A stretch of DNA of 64,000 nt from assembly GCA_964016885.1 (NCBI GenBank), contig OZ024746.1:98580001-98644000 (forward strand), read 5' to 3'. The translations under genes were made by a program, and so were the position numbers. Positions 1 to 12,575 of the stretch are shown piece after piece. Numbering within the stretch: the first letter of the stretch is position 1; every line of letters begins with the position of its first letter. The stretch is from Eledone cirrhosa. Lineage: Eukaryota. The notes below the pieces were generated by a model that did not search any database, had not been told where the DNA came from, and worked only from the letters and a program-made list of their open reading frames with translations.

Positions 1-506
<506 letters not shown>

Positions 507-1764
507 TTGTTTCCATAAATATAACATGAATTAGTTATAGATAATGTCTATTTATTCCTGACTACCAACAAAATATAAATCTGGTGAACAAAAGCAATTA
601 ATATGATCAACATTTCATATCACGTAGCTAAATATTGACATTAGAGAGAATTTAGGTATGAAATTTTTGTCTTTAGTGAAAGCAAAGCCTACTTGAATAA
701 AAAATAAATGTTCACAGGTATTTTCGTGTTTCCCAGTGAAGATAGTGTGCGTTGCTGGTAAGTGTGTTAATGCTGATAAATACAGAAATCAAATAAACAT
801 ACTTGTGGAAAGGAGAGGCTAAAGTAAGAAAAAACAAACAGCTAGTCAAGCAAAATAATAAAAAATAAAAAGGGACAGGATTGGGCGGAAATATTAACAA
901 GAGAGTAAGGAGAGTTGCTTCTGTGAATTAATCATTCCTGCAACCATGAGGCCTAAGCTCATGATTGGTTGAAACAACTGTAAAAACAAAATATCATCTG
1001 CATGAGTATTTATTACATATATACAGTAAAGCCTCACCAATAGCTACATGTTTTCTCTGCTGCCATCCTGTTTGTGTCTTAACTAATTCAACTGACTTTA
1101 TTTTTCATTGACCTCTAGTATCTACTCACTCTACCTCTCTTCCTATCTGACCTTGTATGTGTGTGTGCACCAATTCAACTTGCCTAGTCTTATAACTAAC
1201 TTTAATCATACAATACTTTCAACCGACTGCTTTATTCTGCCACTTTCATTTTCTCATTGCCTTCTGTCTGTAGTAATATGACACAGCTCTGGATTGATTT
1301 TAATTTTAAATTAGATTCTCTCATATATTTGCTGATGTTCAAATGTTCATAAAACTAGAAATATTTATCAACTGTGTCAGGGTTTTGCAGGAAATTATTT
1401 AGTCTGCTTGAATTATTATTGTACCTGAAAACACAGTAGGCCCAGTACTGTCTGTTTTTTTGCAATGTTAAAAATAGATTATATTGAGAGAAGAGCCATG
1501 ACAAAAGGGTGTTATTACATATTTTCTGTTACTCCTGTTTATATAGTTGAATCATTTGAGTGTTGGCTTTCTTACAGGGGCATAGCATCATCACCACTAT
1601 TTAACATCCATGTTTCCACACTAGCATGGGTTAGACGAGTTGTCCTGTTGTGAGCAATGCCAGGTCAGGTTAGCTTGTTATATTGTTAGACTGAAACCTG
1701 TAAATGAATAAAAGAATAAATCACTTAACCCTTAACTCTACAAAATACTTCAATACTGGTATAG

Positions 1765-2100
1765 TCTCTGCCTCCATCTCTTTCGCTCTGCCCATCTCTC
1801 ACTATTATAAGCAAATGGGGGCACACACGTTGGCCGCCCTGGTGGACAGAATAGAGAAGTTTACTCTCCTCAGTCTGAAGTACATCAGCGCCTGGATTAA
1901 TCACAGACTGCTCCAACTTGTCACTGGAGAAAGTGTTGCTGCATGTGGCATCCCAGATGAGGGGTTTACCACCGCGGAATGGGAAGATGGTTATGCCATC
2001 TGGCCTTTTTCTGCCCCCCTCAGTCCAGCCCTGCCGACTAGAGCTGTGAGGAGTAGCCTGTTTTATGATCTTGTTGGGAACAGCATGGCATGGAAGGGGG
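1765..2100 (-). mobile_element. CRE-like (RLE-type) non-LTR retrotransposon 3' fragment, internally deleted
   Basis: ORF 1725..2141(-) contains KRPDGITIFPFRGGKPLIWDATCSNTF, the PD..D restriction-like endonuclease motif of CRE-clade elements, followed by the 3' UTR shared with four other copies. Confidence 0.75.
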
Positions 2101-3021
2101 TTGAGATTATTTGACAGTAGTAGAAAATATTCTGACACCAACCTCTATAGTTTTCTGTTAACTGCTCCCTATCACCCTATCTAGTTGCCAGACTTAGTTA
2201 CAGTTGACTAGGCAATGTTGGTCGGCTCATTTCCTTGATATCAATGACCAGCTATGAATATCAACACCAAGGACCAGTTCTGAATATCACCATCGGTTAT
2301 TGATTTTAAGTAGAACAACTGAAGCCTGAAATTTGATTTTCTATTCCCAGAATGGCTCTGTATATTTTGATCAAGTGACTTTCTTTCTCTTCTTTTGTCA
2401 CATGAGATAAAAAAATATATATATATTTAAAAAAAAAAACTCTGGTCACTGAGTCGAAATGTATTTCTAATGTAGAAAGTATTGGAGTAATCAGATTTAC
2501 AGATTGATTGATTAAGTGATAAATTTGCAACCATTAGTGTTAATGGCATTGCAGAATTATTGAGAAAAGATAACATTATGACTGCAGAAGCTATAACGCT
2601 AGTGTTTGTAAAATATTTCATTGGTGATTAATTGAAACTGATGAACGGTGCTTAATTAGTTGTAGCAAACAAAGAAGATACTAATGAATATTTTTAAAAT
2701 ACTCTCTCATTTAAAAATGTTTAAATATATAGCTGGCATAGTTGTTATAATTGTTTAACCCTCTCATAAATTGGTTGACATGAAAATAACACTGCTTGAT
2801 TAAATCACTCATTAGCATAAACTGTCCTGACAATCATAGTTTAATCTCATTAACACTTCAGCATATCTATATCTGTTAGGATTGTAAAGAGATTAATAAT
2901 TATAATAAGCAAAATTAATCAAATGTGTTGGTTGTAAATGAATTTTTTTTTTTTTTTTCGTTTTTCTTGTTTTAATTTTTTTATTTTTCTCTTTTATATT
3001 GCTGTGTGTGTCTGGTTTAGA

Positions 3022-3295
3022 ACCACCATCGCCACTGAGCTGGCCCGCCGCAGGTGTGAGCCTCGTGAGATGAAATGGCTCTTCTAGCACATCTCCCTCA
3101 CCATCCTCCGGGGAAATGCCTTCTCCATCCTGTCCGCCGGGGCTGTGGGGAGGCCAGCACTTGGGACAACCCCATTTGGTCATTATACTGAGAGATGGGG
3201 AGGGCAAGAGAGACTGTGGCGATGACAGTGGGAGTTTAGTTCCTCTGTTTTTGGACCTGATGTACAGGTGTGTGTAATTTTACACTAAATAAAGT
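3022..3295 (+). mobile_element. CRE-like retrotransposon 3' fragment
   Basis: Translates TTIATELARRRCEPREMKWLF*HISLTILRGNAFSILS (RLE C-terminal I-x-RGNA motif); shared UTR; AATAAA near 3288. Confidence 0.72.
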
Positions 3296-3679
3296 ACCCT
3301 TGGTCTTTCGAGGTCTTTCATTGTGTTTGATTCATTGAGATTTCCGATCCATTTCATGAACGTGAATGTATTTGAAATATCATACCTCCGGGTGCTTAAA
3401 CTGGTTATGATGTTTATGTATAGAAGACCTTACTAATAATTTTATAGGTACACCATATCCCTGCCTGTTGAAGGAAGCAAGTAAAATTGTAACTATCTAG
3501 AAGGGCGTCCAGCTGTAAAATATTGCTTCAAAAATGACCCCACAATGAGTACGAAACTTGTCAAAGGGCCAGGGAAGCTAACCCCAACTTTAGGAGAAGA
3601 AAATGTCCTGAAAACACTTGTGATTTTTTTCCATTTTACCTCATGTAAAAGACAAATTTATAGCTATCTAATCTTATGT

Positions 3680-4833
3680 TTACCCCTTTAGTTACCAACC
3701 TGGCCAAATCCAGCTCTGGTTCTATGAAATAAAACCACCCATTTTAACCCTTTAGTTACCAACCCAGCCAAAACCAGCTCTGATTCTATGAAATAAAACC
3801 ACCCATTTTAACCCTTTAGTTACCAACCCAGCCAAAACCAGCTCTGGTTCTATGAAATAAAACCACCCATTTTAACCCTTTAGTTACCAACCCAGCCAAA
3901 ACCAGCTCTGGTTCTATGAAATAAAACCACCCATTTTAACCCTTTAGTTACCAGCCCAGCCCAAACCAGCTCTGGTTCTATGAAATAAAACCACCCATTT
4001 TAACCCTTTAGTTACCAACCCAGCCCAAACCAGCTCTGGTTCTATGAAATAAAACCACCCATTTTAACCCTTTAGTTACCAACCCAGCCCAAACCAGCTC
4101 TGGTTCTATGAAATAAAACCACCCATTTTAACCCTTTAGTTACCAACCCAGCCCAAACCAGCTCTGGTTCTATGAAATAAAACCACCCATTTTAACCCTT
4201 TAGTTACCAACCCAGCCCAAACCAGCTCTGGTTCTATGAAATAAAACCACCCATTTTAACCCTTTAGTTACCAACCCAGCCCAAACCAGCTCTGGTTCTA
4301 TGAAATAAAACCACCCATTTTAACCCTTTAGTTACCAACCCAGCCCAAACCAGCTCTGGTTCTATGAAATAAAACCACCCATTTTAACCCTTTAGTTACC
4401 AACCCAGCCCAAACCAGCTCTGGTTCTATGAAATAAAACCACCCATTTTAACCCTTTAGTTACCAACCCAGCCCAAACCAGCTCTGGTTCTATGAAATAA
4501 AACCACCCATTTTAACCCTTTAGTTACCAGCCCAGCCCAAACCAGCTCTGGTTCTATGAAATAAAACCACCCATTTTAACCCTTTAGTTACCAACCCAGC
4601 CAAAACCAGCTCTGGTTCTATGAAATAAAACCACCCATTTTAACCCTTTAGTTACCAACCCAGCCCAAACCAGCTCTGGTTCTATGAAATAAAACCACCC
4701 ATTTTAACCCTTTAGTTACCAGCCCAGCCCAAACCAGCTCTGGTTCTATGAAATAAAACCACCCATTTTAACCCTTTAGTTACCAGCCCAGCCCAAACCA
4801 GCTCTGGTTCTATGAAATAAAACCACCCATTAA
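3680..4833 (+). repeat. 64-bp tandem array (18 units) equal to the left end of piggyBac-type MITE A
   Basis: Unit TTAACCCTTTAGTTACCAACCCAGCCCAAACCAGCTCTGGTTCTATGAAATAAAACCACCCATT; tctatg recurs every 64 nt from 3721 to 4809. Confidence 0.95.
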
Positions 4834-4884
4834 AAGTTTCCAATTAAAATTAAAATCTTCCAACATATTTTATAAAAGAACCAG

Positions 4885-5072
4885 AGAGCTCATCAGGGTG
4901 GTGCTTATCCCAGTTTCCGCGGCATGAAGCGACTGTGAGTACAAGACCCAACCTGGATAGGACACCAGTCCATCACCAGTCAAACCCAGTTATTGCTGTT
5001 ATTTTCAGCTGAGTATACTGGAGCAACGTGAAATAAAGTGTCTTGCTCAAGAATACAACACAATCCAGCCCA
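4885..5072 (-). mobile_element. SINE fragment (CORE-like segment plus gatggactggtgtcctatccagg segment)
   Basis: Contains ctggagcaacgtgaaataaagtgtcttgctcaag; homologous to the + strand copy at 28400-28620. Confidence 0.7.
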
Positions 5073-5189
5073 GTTAAGTATCTTGGTAATGAAATAATAA
5101 TTTTAGTAAATCCCTCAAAATTCTTCATTAATTAATTGAAATAGTGTATTTCATTAGAAAAGGTCATGAAAAGGTCAAAGCCACAAAAA

Positions 5190-5450
5190 TATCACCATCA
5201 CCATTGTACGTCCACTTTTCCTTACTTGCAAAGGTGCAACAGGTCCTATTCAGCACAGCATCTCTCCATTCATCACGGTCCTTTGTCATCTCCTCTGTGA
5301 GCTTCAGCTATCCGAGGTCAGCTCTCACCACCTCCGCCCATGTTTTACGTAGTCTTCCTCTACTGCATCTTCTTTCCACCGGGATTTCTTGGCACCTCTT
5401 CACTCAGTCATCTTCCATGCGCATCACATGGCTATACCAATGCAGTCTTT
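5190..5450 (-). mobile_element. RTE LINE 3' fragment
   Basis: Minus strand encodes a HVMRMEDD..VKRC-like C-terminus followed by a tail (gaaaagtggacgtacaatggtgatggtgat) resembling that of RTE copy 2. Confidence 0.65.
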
Positions 5451-5790
5451 ATCATGTTTATTTATATATACTAAATTGTACTGTGTTTACAATTGAATTA
5501 ATGTATCATGTTTCTGTATAGATACATATCATATATATAAATAGTTCTGAACTTATGATAGCTCCTATCTGATAAGTTCAGTTTAAATATGAACATTGAC
5601 TGTTGTTGTTTAGTGCAAAATCAGTCCTGATTGAGCAGGCATGACCAACCAACCATGACCATGCCAGCCTTATTTTTTTAATTTAATTTAATTTTTTGTT
5701 TGTTTGTGAAACATAGTATTCCTATGACTAAACAATCCAATATGTCCTTCCATTAAAAAAAAAGTGGTTGTTGAGAGTATTTCAGGGAGA

Positions 5791-6014
5791 TTTACCCCTT
5801 TACCATTTACATTACTCTATATATACTATTGCATTTTCACGGTAAACACTTTACCTCTCATAATTCTCACATGGTGTTGAATCTGAGATTTTGATGTTAT
5901 TTATTTTGAAAACAATACCTTGACATAAGTATAAGCAACCAGTTATGGCCAGTTTGAACAGGAAAAGGTGAGAATTCTGGCCAGATATGGCCAGTTTAAA
6001 TGCTAATGGGTTAA
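5791..6014 (+). mobile_element. piggyBac-type MITE B
   Basis: Ends ttaCCCCTTTACCATTTA...TAAATGCTAATGGG ttaa, forming short inverted termini with TTAA-like flanks; several further copies in the window. Confidence 0.8.
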
Positions 6015-6789
6015 TTGCTAATTTTAGTAAATTGAACTACCACTAAGGGCTTCTCTGTTAGCTTTATGGCTGGAAACTGTTGACCTTAGGTAAGGGTGAA
6101 ACTTGGAAGATGCCAAAACATCAATTTTTATTTGTTTATTTCTTCTGTTCAGTTCTTCTGTTACACATTCTCACTATAATGACTGCCAGATCCACTCCAT
6201 CCCCCCTCCCCATCACCATTATTATAATTGATATCAACACTGTTATCACATTTTTAAACCCTGCTTTTGTGGTCTAGTCTGCAGGGCGCAGCCCCATTAC
6301 CACTGCACACTAGGCCCAGATTCCAATCACCCCTCCCACCCCTCCCCATTCTTCCATGACATTAGAGCCCTTGTCTTTCCCTTCCTTTTCCGTTATTTTT
6401 AATTTTTTACTTATTTTACATTCCATTCTTTCTTCTCAATCTAAATTTTTTTTCTTTCTTTTTCTATTAAATTGTATTTACATAGAATAAAAAATTAAAG
6501 TTTGGCTATTTGAATTACCATTTTATGTTTGCCATCTTATTTTGAATTGGTTGTGTGTGGAAGGTGGGGTGTTAAAGATGCATGTCTGTGGAATACTCAA
6601 CCACATACACATTGATTTGAACTTGATGTTCTGTTGTTCAAACAACTGAATTCCCATTAATTCTAGTTCCCAATATCATAGTTTAACCCTTTAGTACCAA
6701 TCTGGCTAAAATTGGCTCCGGTTCTATAAAACAAAGATCCTTCATGAATGAAAGGGAGATTTGAACACTGAACATAAAGGGCAGTTTTA

Positions 6790-7233
6790 TTAACCCTTTT
6801 GTTACCAACCCAATCAAAACTAGCTCTGGTTCTATGAAATAAAACCACCAATTTTAACCCTTTAGCATTTACATTACTCGATATATATACTATTTTATTT
6901 TTCACAGTAAATGCATTATCTCTCATAGTATATCACATAATATCGAATCTATGAGATTTAGATATTTATTTTGAGAACAATATCTTAACATCAGTATGAG
7001 TGGCAAGTTACAGCCAGTTTGAACAGAAAGAAGTGAGAGAATTCTGGCCAGATATGGCCGGGTTAAAGGTTTCCAATTTAAATTAAAATCTTCCAACAAA
7101 ATTTTATATGAGGACCTTACATTAAGTTACTATCTTTGTAATGAAATAATTAATAATTTTAGTAAATCCCTCAAAATTTTCATTAATTTATTGAAATAGT
7201 GTTGCATTAGAAATGCTGTCATGAAAGGGTTAA
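6790..7233 (+). mobile_element. MITE A with MITE B (6858-7062) nested at its internal TTAA
   Basis: TTAA at 6790, 6854, 7063 and 7230. MITE A sequence is colinear once 6858-7066 is removed. Confidence 0.85.
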
Positions 7234-7404
7234 GTATGTTCAATACATTGCCTTTGTAGAGAATGCAGATGTTAAATGATGACAGTGACATTACATTTGT
7301 TTTATCTATGTATATATATCTTTAGAAGATGGAGCCAAGCTTGAAAATTGAATTAGCTTTCACTGTATTTTTTTTACTACAGGAAATTGTCTAATAACAG
7401 GGCA

Positions 7405-7695
7405 TATAGAACCCCCCCTTTGTCACGAATGACCATGGTTTTGCACCTAGAAAGTTTCCCTTCTGAGGCACAAGCCTGGGCAAGGTTTGTTTGTGGAAGA
7501 CCAGCTGTTGCCCATGCATACCAGTCTCCCCTCTCCACGCCACCGATGTTGTCCAAGGGAAAAGCAATGACTGATACAACTTGGTACCAGTGATGTTGCA
7601 ACTCATTTCTACAGCTGAGTGAACTGGAGCAATAAATGAAATAAAGTGTCTTGCTCAAGGACACAACACATCACCCGGTCTGAGAATAGAACTTG
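7405..7695 (-). mobile_element. CORE-type SINE (same family as 218-506)
   Basis: Body is highly similar to 218-440. Confidence 0.8.
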
Positions 7696-7744
7696 TGTCT
7701 GTCAATATGATGCCCCTATGACTCCATCAGCAATTACGGGACCA

Positions 7745-7905
7745 TGCATGCAAATTGGTAGAGTCATTAAAATGTTAGAATGCTTTGCAGTGTTTGTTCT
7801 GACTCTCTGCTCTCTGAGTTCAAATCCTGCTGAGTTCAATTTTTTCCTTTCATCGTTTCGAGGTCAATAAAAAAAAGTACCCGTCTAGTATTGGAATCAA
7901 TTCTT
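7745..7905 (+). mobile_element. Meta-domain-like tRNA SINE, decayed
   Basis: ctgagttcaaatcc B-box-like segment, then cctttcatcgtttcgaggtcaataaaaaaaagtacc. Confidence 0.6.
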
Positions 7906-8459
7906 TCTCACTCCTTCTCTGGGTGAAATCGATTATGTTCCGACCTGGAGAGAGAAGATAGAATGAAATCTGCCAGATTTAAAAAGAAAAAAAAACTGCC
8001 CAGACATTGTATATCAGAACAGAACCTCTGTGACTCTGCCAGGAATTACAGGGTCATACATACATAGTCTTATAAGTTCAACAGAATTACAATATAAGAA
8101 AATATGTTATGTTGATTTTGTTGTTCTTCACTTTACCAATATTGTATTTTACTTGGGAAATTTCACTGTTTTTATGAGTTCCAAGTGAGCAGAACTGAAT
8201 GGAAACAGATCTAGTTTGATGATAGATTAAAGAAAATTGTATGGTGTGTGTATATGTAGGGTGGATATGTACTAATATTTATGTGGGTGTATACATAGAA
8301 ACATACATACATAGTGTGTGTGTGGTGATAGATATACACATATAGATACTAACAAAGAAATAGACTAAGTTATATATATACATTTTATTTCTTTTTTTTT
8401 TTTTTTTTTTGATGCTGGCACCAGTTGGCTGGGACTAGTGTTTTCTCTCTATAAAATAT

Positions 8460-8470
8460 ATACACACACT

Positions 8471-8532
<62 letters not shown>

Positions 8533-9112
8533 AACACACACATATATATAGAAACACACGCACCCATACACACACACACATATATATATATATATAGAGA
8601 GAGAAACACACACACACACTCTCACACATATATAGAGAAACACACACACACACACACATATATAGAAACACACGCACACACACTCACATATATATAGAAA
8701 TGCTCACACACACATATATACAAACATGTGTATGTGTGTATATATATGTGTATGTTTATATATATATGTTTATATATATACACACACACATATAGACAGA
8801 CATATATAAACACGTGTATATATATATTTATATAATGTGTGTTTATATATATATGTGTGTGTGTAAGCATACACACACACACATATAAACAGACATATAT
8901 ATATATATACATGTCTGCGTTTATATGTCTACATGTGTGTGTGTATGGTTATAGACAGACATATATAAACCCACATGTGTGTGTATATATATTCATATAA
9001 TGTGTATGTTTATATATATATATGTGTGTGTGTAAGCATCCACACATATATAGACATATAAACGCAGACATGTATATATATATATATATATATGTTTATA
9101 CACACACACATT
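8460..9112. repeat. Compound (CA)/(TA)/(GA) microsatellite
   Basis: Directly visible, with internal block duplications. Confidence 0.92.
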
Positions 9113-9399
9113 GCATATATCTGTATGTGTAAACACCTTTATTTATTGGCTTTGTAATGCTTGAGTTCACTACAAAATCAATAACTCACCAACAATCTAC
9201 TTGTCGAAATGGTAGTATTAAAAACATATTTTTTATACAGAGAGAGAATATATATAGTGTTAAGTTAGAAAATATTCTGAACGAGACCATTGACTATTTT
9301 GTGTGAAAATTATTAATTTGTAACCTATTCTATTTATCTTTTCCTGTATACTCTCAAGTCTTGAATAATCATCTGTCCTCCATGCTTATTTATTTAAGG

Positions 9400-9900
9400 C
9401 AGGAGGCTGAATTAAGTGCAAGAATTGCTGGAGCTGGTGGAGTAATGCACCAGCTTCAGTAATCAGAAGAGAGGTAGGTGTAAAAGCCACTCACTTTCTT
9501 CAATTTGGTATTCGTGCCAATCCTTACGGTCATGAATCTTGGGTGATGACCGAAAGAATACGAATACAAGCAGCTGAAATGGAGTTCCTCTGAACAGTCT
9601 TTGGAGTAAAGTTACTCGATAGAGTGTGTAGCTTGGAAGAATCACTCCATGTAGAGCTGCTACTTTCCCAAATTGAGAGATCACAGCTCTGATATGATAG
9701 GTATTTGGTTATAATGTCTCAGGAAAGAATCTCTGGACAGATTTTACAGGCAAAACTAACCAGCAGGAGACTCAGAGGTAGACCCTGGGCAAGTTGGTTG
9801 AATAACATCTATGAGCTCGGCTGGTCTTGCTTGGAGATCCAGCTGGATCAGTTGGAGATGGTTGCTTCTAGCAGGACCCTAGCTGGTTGAGTGATCAGTT
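9400..9900 (+). mobile_element. Old RTE-type LINE 3' fragment
   Basis: ORF 9705..9890 QILQAKLTSRRLRGRPWASW is a typical RTE C-terminal RGRP motif. Confidence 0.65.
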
Positions 9901-9967
9901 AGAGGCCTCTCATTTTGGCGTGTATCAATTTTTGTTATATATATACATATATATATATAGGGGAATT

Positions 9968-10253
9968 ACAATATGCCCCCACCCCTTCCCACTGCAAAGT
10001 AGTCGTGGAGGTGCCATGGCAAAAAAGCACCCAGCCCACACTGTAAAGTGGACGTATAGGCACCATGAAAAAAAGCACCCAGGACTCACTGTAAATGAGG
10101 TTGGTGTTAGGAAGGACATCCAGCTGTAGAAGTCAAACCAGAATCAGTTCCAGTATGAGCAAGACAAGGTCAGCTGACCGGACACTGCCCACAACAGGAC
10201 AACCTGTCTAACCCATGCTAGTGTGGAAGAACAGACGTAAAACGGTGATGATG
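9968..10253 (+). mobile_element. RTE 3' UTR-only copy (tail type 1)
   Basis: Colinear with 15725-16010 and ends aaacggtgatgatg. Confidence 0.85.
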
Positions 10254-10609
10254 TAGGCATGGCTGTACAATTCAAAAGTTCACTTTGCAGCTATATGGAC
10301 TTGGTCTTCTACTATAGCCCCAGGCTAACCAATGCCTTGTCAGTGAACTTTGTTAGACCACAAATGCATGAAGCTCATTGTCTCTGTATTTGTTTGTGTG
10401 TTTGTTTGTCTCATCACTAGCACATGTGGTGACATTTATTTATGTTCTGCATAAACAGATGTTGCTTGGCAGTTAGATATGAGATCTGTACTTTGCTTTA
10501 AGAACAAATGAGGGTTGATGTCAGGAAAGGCATTGATTTTAGAATTCTGCCTCAGTCCAAGCCATTCCAGCATGGAAAAACCAACACAAAGCTGATGAGA
10601 TAATGATTT

Positions 10610-10820
10610 CTAGTATAGGCACGAGGCCAGTAATTTTGGGGGAGGGGACAGTCGATTAAATCGACTCCAGTACGTGACTGGTACTTTATTTTATCGACCC
10701 CCGTAAGGATGAAAGGCAAAATTAACCTCAGCGAGATTTGAACTCAGATCATAAAGGGCCTTAACTCTATGCTGCAAAGCATAGTGTCCTACCCTCTACC
10801 GAAACTGCCAATCCACCGCT
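10610..10820 (-). mobile_element. Meta-domain-like tRNA SINE
   Basis: Minus strand: GAGTTCAAATC...TTTGCCTTTCATCCTTACGGGGTCGATAAAATAAAGTACCAG. Confidence 0.75.
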
Positions 10821-11626
10821 ATATGCTGATGATAATGATGCTACTGGTTGTTACTATTTTTTATCAAAACAACGGATGAAATAATTTATTAGATTACTAG
10901 CTCATGGTTTGCATTTTTTTTCTGTTGTGATGGTGGCATGACAAAAACTATAAATGTGGTTGGAGTTAAGAAGGGCATCCAGCTGTAGAAATTGTTCTCT
11001 GGACTGTTTCAGAAAGCGTTACTGGAATGCTGTCAAATAAATTATTGTCCCCAAAAGTATGAGTTAAATGAAAGAAAATAAGTCTTATAATAGATTCAAT
11101 TGAAAATATTTCTCTTTGTTTTCCAACTTATTTACAAAAATTATCTTACAGCTAATTTGAAATGTTTTAAAAAGGTGTTTTTTGTTGAATAGCCCTAGTT
11201 AGCTCTATATCACTGAGGTAGCTGACTAAATGTTCAGTGGCAGACATATGTCTTCTGGAAACCAGGTTACATGTACTGCCACACAATTGCTGGATATGAG
11301 AAATAAAAGATAGATATGAATATTGTCTGCTATATTTATATAACAGTTTAATGTGAATGATACTACTAAGTTGCCTGATCTGTTCATTGAAACAGCCAGC
11401 TTTTCCACAAACTTCTTATCCATTCAATATCGTAGAAGAAGTGGACATTGTTATATATCCAGGACCAACATATATAGTTTGTTTTGGAGCTATGTAGCCA
11501 ACTTTGAGATACCATTCTCATTTATTCTGAAAACTAAGTAAATAATTCAACATTTACAGTTTTGGCTATGCTGTGCTTGCATGAATATAACCAGTTCATA
11601 CTCAAATTTTATATATATATATATAT

Positions 11627-11798
11627 ATATTTATTAAAATAACAGATTAAAGTTTAAGCAAAGAATCGCTGCTTTCACCCTTAACGGGATCTTCTGAAAC
11701 TAACAGTCAATCAAGACTTTGTTAGTTTCAGAAGATCCCGTTAAGGGTGAAAGCAGCGATTCTTTGCTTAAACTTTAATCTGTTATTTTAATAAATAT
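11627..11798. repeat. Perfect 79-bp inverted repeat with 14-nt spacer; probable Penelope-like terminal repeat inversion
   Basis: Arms 11627-11705 and 11720-11798 are exact reverse complements. (TA)n lies on both sides of the insert. A single arm recurs at 32251-32318. Confidence 0.9.
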
Positions 11799-11908
11799 TT
11801 GCTCTACGGTTCTTATATATTTGATATATATTTATCCTTATCGAGCCCTCTTTGGATTTTAGTCTTCAAATTTTTATTATTACTATATATATATATATAT
11901 ATTGTATA

Positions 11909-12075
11909 CCGTATTTCTCGGCATTGAAGATGCACCTTTTTTTTACTAAAATAAGTCTGAAAAATCTACCAATACGTCCTGGAGACCGAAGGTTTTTTTT
12001 TTTCTTCAAATTTTTGGTTGTCAAAATTAGGGTGCATCCTCGAGGACGAAGTGTCTATGGCACCAGGAAATACGA
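11909..12075. mobile_element. pogo/Tigger-like MITE
   Basis: TA|CCGTATTTC...GAAATACGA|TA imperfect TIRs with TA flanks; internal gatgcacc/ggtgcatc inverted motif. Confidence 0.65.
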
Positions 12076-12369
12076 TATATTGTATACATATAGGTATAAT
12101 CAAGTGCAGAAATGATAGCTTATAAAATAGGGAGAAGACCCTTAACCGGTTGTATATGTTGCTGTGCCAGGTTTTTTTTCAGTAAAATGACTATTTTGAT
12201 TGATAAACATCTCATCAATAAACTAGTAACCCCATCTAGCTTTGAAGTTATGAACTGTTGAAAACAAGTTCAAACATGTTAGGACGAGCTATCTCGTCTA
12301 CGGCACTGAAGAGGTTAAAAGATGGAAAAAGGAGTGGCGGCCATTGGGTGCCATGAAGAATTGAACCAG

Positions 12370-12535
12370 ATGCCAGCTAGAGCTTTAACCTTTAAGCTTA
12401 GTCTTGACAAATTTTTTCCAGTCATTTTAACTAGATTTAACAGCTTTCAGATGTCAGCAGACAGAGAGACTGACAGACAGACATCCATATGTAAACAATG
12501 TATGAAGCCGAATTTTTCGGCTTTTGTAGAGCTAA

Positions 12536-12540
<5 letters not shown>
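12370..12540 (+). mobile_element. Helentron-associated (HINE/DINE-1-like) 3' remnant
   Basis: GACAGACAGACA tract, hairpin AAGCCGAA-ttt-TTCGGCTT, then GAGCTAA terminus. Confidence 0.5.

Positions 12541-12572
<32 letters not shown>

Positions 12573-12575
<3 letters not shown>

Larger units (their letters stand above)
3680..5178 (+). mobile_element. piggyBac-type MITE A with amplified left end and an internal SINE insertion
   Basis: After the array the MITE body continues (aaagtttccaattaaaattaaaatcttcc), is interrupted at about 4885-5072, and ends tcatgaaaaggtcaa, matching tcatgaaagggTTAA at 7219-7233. Confidence 0.8.

Noticed and set aside
11345-11541. Possible exon (about 64 open codons between AG and GTAAAT)
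   Set aside because: Weak polypyrimidine tract and no recognisable homology.
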